Positions 22,975 to 36,812 of a DNA stretch of 64,000 bases are shown piece by piece. The position numbers and the translations under genes are program-made. Within the stretch, counting starts at the first letter, position 1; each line of letters opens with the position of its first letter. A model generated the notes under the pieces. It was not told the origin of the DNA. It ran no database searches and worked only from the letters and a program-made list of their open reading frames with translations. Source of the stretch: Heterodontus francisci (taxonomy: Eukaryota); NCBI RefSeq assembly GCF_036365525.1, contig NW_027140807.1:1426001-1490000 (forward strand), given 5' to 3'.

Positions 22975-25900
22975 AAGACAGAGAGAACGAGGGACAGAGA
23001 GAGATAGAGGGGGAGAGATATAGAGAGTCTCAGCGACAGAGAGATAGGGCAAGGAGTGATAGGGGGGTAAAGAGAGAGAGAGAAGGAGAGAGAGAAGGAG
23101 AGAGAGGGACAGACAAAGAGAAGGAGAGAGGGAGTGACAGAGAGGGAATGATAGCTGGAGGGACAGAGAGAGACACAGAGAGAGAGGCAGAGACAGAGAT
23201 AGCAGGAGAGAGACGGAAAGACAGAAAGGGAATGACAGATGGAGGGCCATACAGAGAGACAGAGAGAGTGGCAGAGACAAAGATAGAAGGAGAGCGAGCG
23301 AGTATCAGGAAGGGAAAGACAAATTGAGGGACAGAGAGAGAGACAGAGAGAGAAGGAGAGAGATGGAGTGACAGGGAGGGAAGGATAGATGGAGGGATAG
23401 AGAGACGGAGAGACAGAGAGGGAAAGACAGATGGAGGGACAGAGAGAGAGACAGAGAGAGTGGCAGAGACAGAAATAGAAGGAAAGAGAGGGATTGCCAG
23501 GAAGGAAAGGACAGATGGAGAGACAGAGTGAGAGACAGAGAGAGAAGGAGAGAGATGGAGTGACAGGGAGGGAAGGACAGATGGAGGGATAGAGAGAGAG
23601 ACAGAGAGCGAGACAGAGACAGAGTTAGAAGGAGACAGAGGGAGTGACGGGGTGGTGGAGGGAGACAGATGAAGAGACAGAGAGAGAGAGAAGGAGAGAG
23701 ATGGAGAGACAGGGAGGCAAAGACAGATGGAGAGACAGAGAATGAGAGGCAGAGATGGAAGGAGAGAGATGGCGTGACAGGCAGGGAAAGACAGATGGAG
23801 AGACAGAGAGGAAGACAGAGAGAGAAGGAGAGAGAGGGAGTGTCAGGGAGAGAAAGACAGATGGAGGGACAGAATGTGAGGGAGAGAGATAGAAGGAGAG
23901 GGTGGGAGTGACACAGAGGGTAATACAGATGGAGGGACAGAGAGAGAGACAGATATAGAGATAAAAGGAGTGAGAGTGAGTGACAGGGGGTGGGGAAGAC
24001 AGATGGAGAGACAGAGAGAGAGAGACGGAGAGAAGGAGAGAGATGGAGTGACTGGCAGGGAAAGATAGATGGAGCGACAGATAGAAAGACAGAGAGAGAA
24101 GGAGAGAGAGGGAGTGTCAGGGAGGGAAGGACATATGGAGGGATAGAGTGAGAGACAGAGAGACAAGGAGAGAGAGGGAGTGTCAAAGAGGGAAGGGCAG
24201 ATGGAGAGACAGAGAGATAGAGACAGTGATGGAAGGAGAGAGAGGGAGGGACAGAGAGGGAAAGACAGATGGAGGGTAAGAGAGAGAGTGAGAGAAATAG
24301 AAGGAGAGAGATGGAGTGACAATGAGGGAAGGACAGATGGAGGGACAGAGGGAGAGAGACAGAGATAGAAGGAGAGAGATGGAGTGACGGAGGGGGGGAG
24401 AAGACAGATGGAGGGACAGAGAGAGAGAGAGACAGAGACAGAAGGAGAGATATGGAGAGACAGAGAGGGAAAGAGAGATGGAGAGACAGAGAGTGAGAGG
24501 CCGTGATGGAAGGTGAGAGATGGAGTGACAGGCAGGGAAAGACAGATGGAGAGACAGAGAGAAAGACAGAGAGAGAAGGACAGAGAGGGTGTGACAGGGA
24601 GGGAAGGACAGATGGAGGGATAGAGAGAGAGAGACAGAGACAGAGTTAGAAGGAGAAAGAGGGAGTGACGAGGTGGGGGGGGGGGAGACAGATGGTGAGA
24701 CAGTGAGAGAGAGAGAAGGAGAGAGATGGAGAGACAGAGAGGGAAATACAGATGGAGAGACAGAGAGAAAGACAGAGAGAGAAGTACAGAGAGGGAGTGT
24801 CAGGGAGAGAAAGACAGATGGAGGGCCAGTGTGTGAGGGAGAGAGATAGAAGGAGAGGGTGGGAGTGACAGAGAGGGTAATACAGATGGAGGGACAGAGA
24901 GAGAGACAGAGATAGAGATAAAAGGAGAGAGAGTGAGTGACAGGGGGTGGGAAAGACAGATGGAGAGACAGAGAGAGAGAGACGGAGAGAAGGAGAGAGA
25001 TGGAGTGAGGGGGAGGGAAGGACAGATGGAGGGACAGAGAGTGAGAGGCAGAGATGGAAGGAGAGAGAGGGAGTGTCAGGGAGAGAAAGACAGATGTAGG
25101 GACAGAGTGAGAGAGACGGAGAGAAGGAGAGAGATGGAGTGAGAGGGAGGGAAGGACAGATGGAGGGGCAGAGAGAGAGATACAGAGATAGAAGGAGAGA
25201 GAGGGTGGGACTGAGAGGGAAGACAGATGGAGGGACAGAGAGAGAGAGAGAGAGATAGATAGAAGGAGAGAGATGGAGTGACAGGGAAGGAAGGACAGAT
25301 GGAGGGACAGAGAGAGAGAGAGAGAGAGACAGCGATAGAAGGAGAGAGATGGAGTGACAGTGTGGGAAGGACGATGGAGGGATAGAGTGAGAGACAGAGA
25401 GGCAAGGAAAGAGAGGGAGTTTCAGGGAGGGAATGGCAGATGGAGGGATAGAGAGAGAGACAGAGATAGAAGGAGAGAGAGGGAGGGACAGAGAGGGAAA
25501 GACAGATGGAGGGAAAGAGAGAGAGATAGAAGGAGAGAGATGGAGTGACAATGAGGGAAGGACAGATGGAGGGACAGAGGGAGAGAGACAGAGATAGAAG
25601 GAAAGATATGCAGAGATAGAGAGGGAAAGAGAGTTGGAGAGACAGAGAGTGAGAGGCCGTGATGGAAGGTGAGAGAGGGAGTGACAGGCAGGGAAAGACA
25701 GATGGAGAGCCAGAGAGAGAGACAGAGCGAGAAGCAGAGAGTGGGTGTGACAGGGAGGGAAAGAGAAGTGGAGGGACAGAGAGATAGACAGGGATAGAGA
25801 TAGAAGGAGAGAGAGGGTGTGACGCGGAGGGGAAGACAGATGGAGGGATAGAGTAAGAGGCAGAGAGAGAAAGAGAGAGATGGAGTGACAGGGAGGGAAG

Positions 25901-28900
25901 GACAGATGGAGGGATAGAGAGAGAGACAGAGAGCGAGGCAGAGACAGAGTTAGAAAGAGAAAGAGGGAGTGACGGGGTGGGGGGGGAGACAGATGAAGAG
26001 ACAGAGAGAGAGAGAAGGAGAGAGATGGAGAGACAGAGAGGGAAAGACAGATGGAGAGACAGAGAGTGAGAGGCAGAGATGGAAGGAGAGAGAGGGAGTG
26101 TCAGGGAGAGAAAGACAGATGGAGGGACAGAGTGTGAGGGAGAGAGATAGAAGAAGAGGGTGGGAGTGACAGAGAGGGTAATATAGATGGAGGGACAGAG
26201 AGAGAGACAGAGATAGAGATAAAAGGAGTGAGAGTGAGTGACGGGGGTGGGGAAGACAGATGGAGAGACAGAGAGAGAGAGACGGAGAGAAGGAGAGAGA
26301 TGGAGTGACTGGGAGGGAAGGACAGATGGAGCGACAGATAGAAAGACAGAGAGAGAAGGAGAGAGAGGGAGTGTCAAAGAGGGAAGGGCAGATGGAGAGA
26401 CAGAGAGATAGAGACAGTGATAGAAGGAGAGAGAGGGAGGGACAGAGAGGGAAAGACAGATGGAGGGTAAGAGAGGGAGTGAGAGAGATAGAAGGAGAGA
26501 GATGTAGTGACAATGAGGGAAGGACAGATGGAGGGACAGAGGGAGAGAGACAGAGATAGAAGCAGAGAGATGGCGTGACGGAGGGGGGGAGAAGACAGAT
26601 GGAGGGACAGAGAGAGAGAGACAGAGATAGAAGGAGAGATATGGAGAGACAGAGAGTGAGAGGCAGTGATGGAAGGTGAGAGATGGAGTTACAGGCAGGG
26701 AAAGACAGATGGAGAGACAGAGAGAAAGACAGAGAGAGAAGGACAGAGAGGGTGTGACAGGGAGGGAAGGGCAGATGGAGGGATTGAGAGAGAGAGACAG
26801 AGATAGAAGCAGACAGTGGGAGTGACAGGGCGGGAAAGAGAAGTGGAGGGACAGAGAGAGAGACAGAGATAGAGATAGAAGGAGAGAGAGGGTGTGACGG
26901 GGAGGGGAAGACAGATGGAGAGACAGAGAGAGAGAGACAGAGAGAGAAGGAGAGAGGGGGAGTGACAGGGAGGGAAGGACAGATGGTGGGATAGAGAGAC
27001 GGAGAGACAGAGAGGGAAAGACAGATGGAGGGACAGAGAGAGAGAGACAGAGAGAGTGGCAGAGACAGAGATAGAAGGAAAGAGAGGGATTGCCAGGAAG
27101 GAAAGGACAGATGGAGGGACAGAGTGAGAGACAGAGAGAGAAGGAGAGAGATGGAGTGACTGGGAGGGAAGGACAGATGGAGGGACAGAGAGTGAGAGGC
27201 AGAGATGAAATGAGAGAGAGGGAGTGACAGGCAGGGAAAGATAGATGGAGCGACAGATAGAAAGACAGAGAGAGAAGGAGAGAGAGGGAGTCACAGAGAG
27301 GGAAAGACTGTTGGAGGGACAGAGAGTGAGAGGCAGAGATGGAAGGAGAGAGAGGGAGTGTCAGGGAGAGAAAGACAGATGTAGGGACAGAGTGAGAGAG
27401 ACGGAGAGAAGGAGAGAGATGGAGTGACAGGGAGGGAAGGACAGATGGAGGGGCAGAGAGAGAGAGATACAGAGATAGAAGGAGAGAGAGGGAGGGACTG
27501 AAAGGGAAAGACAGATGGAGGGACAGAGAGAGAGAGAGAGATAGATAGAAGGAGAGAGATGGAGTGACAGGGAGGGAAGGACAGATGGAGGGACAGAGAG
27601 AGAGAGAGACAGCGATAGAAGGAGAGAGATGGAGTAACAGGGAGGGAAGGACAGATGGAGGGATGGAGTGAGAGACAGAGATAGATGAGAGAGAGGGTGT
27701 GTCTGGGTGGGAAAGACAGATGGAGGGACAGAGTGAGAGACAGAGAGAGAAGGAGAGAGGTGGTGTGTCAGGAAGGGAAAGGCAGATGGAGCGACAGAGT
27801 GGGAGACAGAGCGAGAAGGAGAGAGATGGAGTGACAGGGAGGGAAGGACTGATGGAGGGATAGAGAGAGAGAGAGAGATAGAAGGAGAGAGAGGTAGTGT
27901 CAGGGAGGGAAAGGCAGGTGGAGAGACAGAGAGAGAGAAAGACACATGGAAGGAGAGAGAGCGAGTCACAGAGAGGGGAAGACTGTTGGAGGGATAGAGA
28001 GAGACAGAGATAGAAGGAGAGAGAGGGAGTGTCAGGGAGGGAAAGACAGATGGAGGGACAGAGAGAGAGGCAGAGAGAGAAGGAGAGAGATGGAGTGACA
28101 GGGAGGGAAGGACAGATGGAGGGACAGAGAGAGAGGCAGAGAGAGAAGGAGAGAGATCGGGTGATGGTGGGGGCGGGAGCGGCGAGACTGATGGAGTGAC
28201 AGAGAGAGAAGGAGAGAGTGGGAGAGACAGAGTGAAAGACAGATGGAGAGAAAGAGAGAGAGAGGCAGAGATGCAAGCAGTGAGGGAGTCACAGGTAGGG
28301 AAAGACAGATGGACAGACAGAGAGAGACAAAGATAGAAGGAGAGAGAGGGAGTGTCAGGGAGGGAAAGACAGATGCAGGGACAGAGAGAGAGAGACAGAG
28401 AAAAAAGGGAGAGAGAGGGAGTGTCAGGGAGGGAAAGACAGATGGCGGGACAGAGAGAGAGGGAGAGATAGAAGGAGAGAGAGTGAGAGACAGAGAGGGA
28501 AAGACAGATGGAGGGATAGAGAGAGACAGAGATAGAAGGAGAGAGAGGGAGTGTCAGGGAGGGAAAGACAGATGGAGGGACAGAGAGAGAGACAGAGAGA
28601 GAAGAAGAGAGAGGGAGTGTCAGGGAGGGAAAGACAGATGCAGGGACAGAGAGAGAGAGACAGAGAAAAAAGTGAGAGAGAGGGAGTGTCAGGGAGGGAA
28701 AGACACATGGCGGGACAGAGAGAGAGGGAGAGATAGAAGGAGAGAGAGGGAGAGACAGAGAGGGAAAGACAGATGGAGGGATAGAGAGAGACAGAGATAG
28801 AAGGAGAGAGAGAGGGAGTGTCAGGGAGGGAAAGACAGATGGAGGGACAGAGAGAGAGACAGAGAGAGAAGGAGAGAGATGGAGTGACAGGGAGGGAAGG

Positions 28901-30890
28901 ACAGATGGAGGGATAGAGAGAGAGACAGAGTGCGAGGCAGAGACAGAGTTAGAAGGAGAAAGAGGGAGTGACGATGTGGGGGGGGGGGGAGACAGATGAA
29001 GAGACAGAGAGAGAGAGAAGGAGAGAGATGGAGAGACAGAGATGGAAAGACAGATGGAGAGACCGAGAGTGAGAGGCAGAGATGGAATGAGAGAGGGGGT
29101 GAGACAGAGAGGGAAATACAGATGGAGGGACAGAGAGAGAGCGATAGATAGAAGGAGAGAGGGGGTGAGACAGAGAGGGAAATACAGATGGAGGGACAGA
29201 GAGAGAGCGATAGATAGAAGGAGAGAGTGGGAGAGACAGAGAGGGAAAGACAGATGGAGGGACAGAGAGAGACAGAGATAGAAGGAGAGAGACGGAGTGA
29301 CAGGGAGGGAAGGACAGATGGAGGGACAGAGAGAGAGAGACAGAGAGAGAAGGAGTGAGGGAGATTGACAGGAATGGAAGGGCAGATGGAGGGATAGAAA
29401 GAGAGAGAGACAGAGATATAGATAGAAGGAGAGAGAGTGAGTGACGGGGATGGGAAGACAGATGGTGAGACAGAGAGAGAGACAGAGAGAGAAGGAGAGA
29501 GAGGGAGAGATGGAGAGGGAAAGATAGATGGAGGGACAGAGAGAGAGAGACACAGAGATAGAAGGAGAGAGATGGAGTGACAGGGAGAGAAGGACAGATG
29601 GAGGGATAGAGTGCGAGATAGAGAGACAAGGAGAGAGATGGTGTGACAGGGAGGGAAAGGCAGATGGAGGGATAGAGTGAGAGACAGAGATAGAAGGAGA
29701 GAAATGGAGTGTCAGGGAGGGAAGGACAGATGGCGGGACAGAGAGAGAGGGAGAGATAGAAGGAGAGAGGGGGTGAGACAGAGAGGGAAAGACAGATGGA
29801 GGGACAGAGAGAGAGCGATAGATAGAAGGAGAGAGTGGGAGAGACAGAGAGGGAAAGACAGATGGAGGGACAGAGAGAGGCAGAGATAGAAAGAGAGAGA
29901 GGGAGTGTCAGGGAGGGAAAGACAGATGGAGGGACAGAGAGAGACAGAGATAGAAGGAGAGAGAGGGAGTGTCAGGGAGGGAAAGACAGATGGAGGGACA
30001 GAGAGAGAGACAGAGATAGAAGGAGAGAGACGGAGTGACAGGGAGGGAAGGACAGATGGAGGGACAGAGAGAGAGAGTCAGAGAGAGAAGGAGTGAGGGG
30101 GATTGACAGGAATGGAAGGGCAGATGGAGGGATAGAAAGAGAGTGAGGCAGAGATAGAAGGAGAGATGGGAGTGACAGAGAGGTAAAGACAGATGGAGGG
30201 ACTGAGGGATACAGAGAGAGAGGCAGAGGCAGAGATAGAAGGAGAGAGAGGGACAGAGAGGGAGGGGTAAAGAAAGAAGGAAATATGGTTGAAACCATTG
30301 CTCTATTGGGAGCGAGGGAGGAAGGGAGAGATGAAAAGAAAGAGAGACGGGGAAACAGAAAGGGAGAAATGGTGTCATAGAGACACAGACAGAGTTATGG
30401 ACAGAGGCAGTGAAAGAGAGGGAGAGAGGGAGAGACAGAGAGAGAGGGAGAGACAGAAACAGAAGGAAAGGGAGTGACAGGGAGGGAAAGACAGATGGAG
30501 GGACAGAGAGAGAAGGAGAGAGATGGAGTGACAGGGAGGGAAAGACAGATGGAGGGACAGAGAGAGAGAGACTGAGAGGAAGCGGTAGAAATAGAGAGGG
30601 AGACAGAGATACTGAGAGGAAGATACAGAGACAGTGAGAGAGAGAGATACAGAGAGAGAATGGCAGAGATGGTGCGAGAGAGACACAAATAGAGTCATGG
30701 ACAGAAGCAAAGAGCGAAAGAGTAACAGAGAATGAAAGAGAGAGAGAGAGAGAGAGAGTCAGAGAGAGAGAGAAAGACAGAAAGAGAGAGATAGAGACAC
30801 AGAAAGAAACAGAGAGAAAGGGAACGTCAGTGAGAGAGAGAGACAGAGACAGTGATAGCGAAAGACAACGAGAGAGAGAGATGGGGAGAA
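22975..30890 (+). repeat. Purine-rich complex satellite (about 60-bp core GGGAGGGAAGGACAGATGGAGGGACAGAGAGAGAGACAGAGATAGAAGGAGAGAGATGGAGTGACA)
   Basis: About 8 kb of diverged units with higher-order duplications; the ORFs here are low-complexity artefacts. Confidence 0.93.
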
Positions 30891-31795
30891 AGAGTTGTAG
30901 GGGAAGAGAGAGAGATAGAGGGGGAAGAGAGATATAGAGGGGGCAGAGAGAGATAGAGGGGGAAGAGAGTGATGGGGGAGAGAGAGAGGGGGGAGAGAGA
31001 GAGGGGGAGAGAGAGAGGGGAGAGAGAGAGGGGGAGGGGATGAAAGAGAGGGGAGAGGGAGAGAGAGGGGGTGAGAGGGAGTGAGAGGGGGTGAGAGAGG
31101 GGTGAGAAGGGGTGAGAGGGGGAGAGGGCGAGAGAGGGGGAGAGGGCGAGAGAGGGGGAGAGGGCGGGAGAGGGGGCGAGGGAGAGAAAGGGGAGAGAGA
31201 GAGAAAGGGGGAGAGAGAGAGAAAGGGGAGAGAGAGGGGGGAGTGGGAGAGAGAGGGGGAGGGAGAGAGGGGGAGGGAGAAAGAGGGGAGAGGGAGAGAG
31301 AGTGGGGAGAAAGAGCTAGAGGGGGAGAGGGAGATAGTGGGGTAGATAGAGGGGGGAGAGGGAGAGAAAGGGGGAGAGGGAGAAATGGGGAGAGAGAGAG
31401 AAAGGGGAGAGAGAGGGGGGAGTTGGAGAGAGAGGGGGAGGGAGAGAGAGGGGGAGGGAGAAAGAGGGGGAGAGGGAGAGAGAGTGGGGAGAAAGAGTTA
31501 GAGGGGGAGAGGGAGATAGAGGGGTAGATAGAGGGGGAGAGGCAGAGAGAGCGGGAGAGGGAGATAGAGGGGGAGAGTGAGATGGATGGGCCGAGGGAGA
31601 TCGAGGGGGAAGAGGGAGATCGAGGGGGGAGAGGGAAATCGAGGGGGGAGAGGGAGATTGAGGGGAGAGAGGGAGATCAAGGGGGAGAGGGAGATCAAGA
31701 GGGAGAGGGAGATAGAGGGGAGAGGGAGATAGAGGGGGGCGAGGGAGATAGAGGGGGAGAGGGAGATAGAGGGGGAGAGAGAGATGGGGAAGGGG
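30890..31795 (+). repeat. G/A-rich low-complexity tract (GAGGGGGAGAGGGAGAT-like)
   Basis: Direct inspection. Confidence 0.9.
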
Positions 31796-32030
31796 GTGGT
31801 GAACCTGTGGAATTCTCTGCCGCAGAAGGCAGTGGAGGCCAAGTCATTAAAGATATTCAAGGAGGGAAGAGATATATTTCTTAGTGTCAAAGGGATCAAG
31901 GGCTATGGGGAGAAAGTAGGAACAGGGTACTGAATTAGCCCATTGGTCATGATCTTTATTGAATGGAAGAGCAGACCCGAGGGGCCGAATGGCCTGCTCC
32001 TGCTCCTATTTTCTATGTTTCTATGAGAAG
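31795..32030 (+). mobile_element. CR1 3' end
   Basis: GTGGTGAACCTGTGGAATTCTCTGCC..GGCCGAATGGCCTGCTCCTGCTCCTATTTTCTATGTTTCTATG. Confidence 0.8.
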
Positions 32031-33453
32031 GGCAGACTGAGAGAGGGAGAGATCGAGAGAGAAGGAGAAACGGAGAGAGAAGGAGAGATAGAGATGCAGA
32101 GAGGTGACCCTGAGATTCTCTCTCTCACACACACAAACATGTAGACACACACAGAGACTGACAGACACACACACACACACACACACAAATTTTACAATCC
32201 ACACTGATGACAGTAACAATGGCCAACAGAACCTCTGTAACAATCCCCTGTGTCTGCCCAGTCCTGTGAGAGACACAGAGAGAGATAGGGAGTGACGGTA
32301 AGTGACAGTGGAAGAAGGAGGACAAAACAGCTTGTAGGAGAAACCTTACATTTATTTGTGTTCAACAGATTTTATTAAAAGTTGAAGGGACTGGACACTG
32401 AAAAAGGTTTCAGCACACAAAAAAACCCTGAGGGTCCCATTTGCACTTGTTCCATCCAGCCCTGTCTGTGAGGTTTGCTGATGTTTTGGGCAATGCTTCG
32501 TGAACTTAGAGAAAAAAGATGCACGATGCCCATTTTAATTCATTTTACTGTAGTTCTGAAGTTAGCTTTCTCTCTGTCTCCACATTCTTTCCCTGTGTCT
32601 CTATCTCCCGCCATGCTTTCTCTTCTCTGACTCTGTTTCACACTCGCCTTCTCCATTTAAAGCTTTAACAAATAAAAAAACATGCCACACACAGCAATGC
32701 GATTTGTCGTGATTTGAAATAGTGAGACGGAATCAGCAGCTTGTTCCCAGTTTCAGGAGGGATTCGCTCTTTCTGGGGACTGAAATCTGGCTAATATCAC
32801 ATTGCTGCTTGTGGGATCGTGCTGTGCATCTAGTGGCCTGCAGCATTTCTTCCATGACAACAGTTTCAAATTCAGCTTCCTGAGGGTCTGAGTGTGGATT
32901 TATCTGTGTTTTTAGAAGAATTTTACAATAATTGCAAGAGCTGAACGTGAAGCTGTATAAAGACTTGGCATTAGTTTAACGATGGAGTTTAGCATTTTCT
33001 GAGGACTGTGATGGGATATTTGGCTATGATCACATTGTGGGATCCTGCTGTGCATACATTCCCTGAATCAATTCCTGCATCCAACACTGAGGCAGAAACA
33101 GATGGAGAGAAAAAGAGAGAGAGTGAGAAACAGCTGGAGGTGGCAGGTTAAACAGAGAGAGAGAGAGAGACAGGCAGAGTGTGGGTGAGGGAGGGAAGGC
33201 AGAGAAAGATGGAGAAAGACAGAGAGAGGGCGAGAGAGAGAGAAATCCACACTCAAAAGCTTGGTACACTGAATATTGAAGTGTCAACATTGCTGGGATC
33301 TTGCTGTGCACTAAAAACAGATTATCTGCATATTTGCATTATCTGAAGGCCTGGAATTAAAGTCCTGAGCTTGAAGCCAGTACAATTCCGGAGTAATGAT
33401 GGTGTTTTGGGCAGTGCCCTGAATTTGAGGGTGAAATGAAATTGTGGGATCTT

Positions 33454-35462
33454 GGTGAAATTGTGAGACTAGCTAAGAGGAAAAAGGAAGCACACATAAG
33501 GTCTAGGCGGCTGAAGAAAGACGAAGCTTTGAAAGAATATCGGGATTGTAGGCGCAATCTGAAACGAGGAATTAAGAGGGCTGAAAGGGGTCATGAAATA
33601 GCTTTAGCAAACAGGGTTAAGGAAAATCCCAAAGCCTTTTATTCATATATAAGGAGCAAGAGGGTAACTAGAGAAAGGATTGGCCCACTCAAGGACAAAG
33701 GAGGAAAGTTATGCGTGGAGTCAGAGAAAATGGGTGAGATTCTAAACGAGTACTTTGCATTGGTATTCACCGAGGAGAGGGACATGAGGGATGTTGAGGT
33801 TAGGGACAAATGTTTGATTACTCTAGGTCAAGTCGGCATAAGGAGGTAGGAAGTGTTGGGTATTCTGAAAGGCATTAAGGTGGACAAGTCCCCAGGTCCG
33901 GATGGGATCTATCCCAGGTTACTGTGGGAAGCCAGAGAGGAAATAGTTGGGGCCTTAACAGATATCTTTGCAGCATCCTTAAACACGGGTGAGGTCCCGG
34001 AGGACTGGAGAATTGCTAATGTTGTCCCCTTGCTTAAGAAGGGTAGCAGGGATAATCCAGGTAATTATAGACCGGTGAGCCTGACGTCAGTGGTAGGGAA
34101 GCTGCTGGAGAAGATACTGAGGGATAGGATCTATTCCCATTTGGAAGAAAATGGGCTTATCAGTGATAGGCAACATGGTTTTGTGCAGGGAAGGTCATGT
34201 CTTACCAACTTAATAGAATTCTTTGAGGAAGTGGCAAAGTTGATTGATGAGGGAAGGGCTGTAGATGTCATATACATGGACTTCAGTAAGGCGTTTGATA
34301 AGGTTCCCCATGGTAGGCTGATGGAGAAAGTGAAGGCGCATGGGGTCCAAGGTGTGCTAGCTAGATGGATAAAGAACTGGCTGGGCAACAGGAGACAGAG
34401 AGTCGCAGTGGAAGGGAGTTTCTCAAAATGGAGACGTGTGACCAGTGGTGTTCCACAGGGATCCGTGCTGGGACCACTGTTGTTTGTGATATACATAAAT
34501 GATTTGGAGGAAAGTATAGGTGGTCTGATTAGCAAGTTTGCAGACGACACTAAGATTGGTGGAGTAGCAGATACTGAAGGGGACTGTCAGAGAATACAGC
34601 AGAATATAGATAGACTGGAGAGTTGGGCAGAGAAATGGCAGATGGAGTTCAATCAGGGCAAATGCGAGGTGATGCATTTTGGAAGATCCAATTCAAGAGT
34701 GAACTATACAGTAAATGGAAATGTCCTGGGGAAAATTGATGTCCAGAGAGATTTGGGTGTTCAGGTCCATTGTTCCCTGAAGGTGGCAACGCAGGTCAAT
34801 AGAGTGGTCAAGAAGGCATACGGCATGCTTTCCTTCATCGGACGGGGTATTGAGTACAAGAGTTGGCAGGTCATGTTACAGTTGTATAGGACTTTGGTTC
34901 GGCCACATTTGGAATACTGCGTGCAGTTCTGGTCGCCACATTACCAAAAGGATGTGGATGCTTTGGAGAGGGTGCAGAGGAGGTTCACCAGGATGTTGCC
35001 TGGTATGGAGGGCGCTAGCTATGAAGAGAGGTTGAGTAGATTAGGATTATTTTCATTAGAAAGACGGAGGTTGAGGGGGGACCTGATTGAGGTGTACAAA
35101 ATCATGAGAGATATAGACAGAGTGGATAGCAAGAAGCTTTTTCCCAGAGTGGGGGATTCAATTACAAGGGGACATGAGTTCAAAGTGAAAGGGGAAAAGT
35201 TTAGGGGGGATATGCGTGGAAAGTTATTTACGCAGAGGGTGGTGGGTGCATGGAACGCATTACCAGCGGAGGTGGTAGACGCAGGCACGATAGCATCTTT
35301 TAAGATGTATCTAGACAGATACATGAATGGGCAGGAAGTAAAGAGATACAGACCCTTAGAAAATAGGCGACAGGTTTAGATAGAGGATTTGTATCGGCGT
35401 AGGCTTGGAGGGCCGAAGGGCCTGTTCCTGTGCTGTAATTTTCTTTGTTCTTTGTTCTTTGT
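33454..35462 (+). mobile_element. Young 5'-truncated CR1 with near-intact RT (508-aa ORF 33853-35379) and (TTCTTTG)n tail, inserted into a SINE
   Basis: VPQGSVLGP, FADDTK; flanks rejoin as TGTGGGATCTTG|CTGTG with a short TCTTG duplication; nearly identical to 19655-20535. Confidence 0.95.
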
Positions 35463-35857
35463 TCTTGCTGTGACCAAATGGCATGCAGTGTTTCCAACAT
35501 TGCAACAGTGACGACCACTTTAACAATCAATTCACTGAGTGTCAAATGTTCCCGATTCATTTCAGTTCATTTTACTGAAGTTCTGAGTTTCGATTTGTCT
35601 CTCTGTCTCACTCCAACTTTCTTTCCCTCTGTCTCTCTAATTAAACCTTTAATAGTTAAAAACACACACAGCAGGGTGATTTGTTGTTGGTTTAAATGGT
35701 GAGACAGAAGTATTTCATAACTATTTTCAGTCAACACTACATATGAGATAGAGGGACAAAAACAGATATGGACAGAGAAAGAGAAGGAGAGACAGGGGAC
35801 GAATGGGATAGAAACAGAGAGAGATACAGAGACAGTGGAGATAGAGATAATGAGACA

Positions 35858-35919
<62 letters not shown>
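35858..35919. repeat. (CA)n microsatellite
   Basis: About 30 CA units. Confidence 0.95.
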
Positions 35920-35923
<4 letters not shown>

Positions 35924-36780
35924 GAAGTTGCTGTCACAATCCTTTTATCCTTTGGTTTATTAACTGTGATTTGTTTGTATTTGGGTGTTGCTGAGAGAGT
36001 GTCTGTGTAACCGAGGGCAATTCCTGGGCTCTTGCTGTGCTATTTTGTTTAACAATGTATTTTAATCAATTTTCTCTCTCTCCGTCTTGCCTTAGGAATT
36101 TTCATTCTGAAAACTGCATGGTGAAGATGAAAAGAGGGAAAGTTTGGGACGAGGAATCCTTGGACAGGAGCTTCCTCCTGAGGGGACGGACTGAGGCCTT
36201 GTCCACAGGCTGCACCCAAAGGGCCCACGTGAGTTGTGTCTGTTTATTAGGCCGTGGTTTAATTTCATGTCTGGGGTCCTGGGCTAACCAGTTCCTGTCG
36301 GATTGGGGCCCTGCTGTTTTAAATAGGTTGAAAGCCTGGGGTTAAAGGAGCAGCCTTGGTGCAAAACCTTGGTTGAAGTGGCACCATTGCTGGGATCTTG
36401 CTGTGCACAGCTTGCCGGCTGTTATCACACTGCTGCTTGTGGGATCTTGCTGTGTACCAATGGCCTGCAGCATTTCCAACATTGCAACAGTGACGAGCAC
36501 TTTAAAAATTAATTCATTGAGTGTCAAATACTTCTGTGAATCAGCAATGAAATGGCTGAAATGTGAAGGTTTGGAAAGGCTTGTTCTCATTCCCGAATAA
36601 TACTGGTGTCTTAGGCTGTGGGCTGAATTTGACAGTGAAATGAATCACCTGGCAGAGTTTCAGGGATGGGAATGTGGATTTCTCTCTCTATCCTTCTATG
36701 GGAGAGAGGATGGGGGTCACCAGTGTTTGTGTGTTTTTACAATGAGGCAGAAACAGATGTAGAGAGACACACAGAGAAAT

Positions 36781-36812
<32 letters not shown>

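Noticed and set aside
22864-31900. Long ORFs up to 1066 aa (SLSL/ERER-rich)
   Set aside because: Translations of GA/CT satellite that lacks stops by composition
32380-32430. GGGACTGGA followed by CACTGAA and an A-rich stretch as a D-beta segment
   Set aside because: Poor heptamer, 12-nt rather than 23-nt spacing, and no upstream 12-RSS
17182-35462. CR1 at 17-20 kb and CR1 at 33-35 kb as one split element
   Set aside because: They overlap by about 880 bp, and the second is cleanly inserted into a SINE with its own short duplication, so these are independent insertions
35920-36010. Hydrophobic VEVAVTILLSFGLLTVICLYLGV as a TCR transmembrane exon
   Set aside because: No polypyrimidine acceptor (preceded by CA repeat), no CART motif or charged Lys, and no C domain nearby
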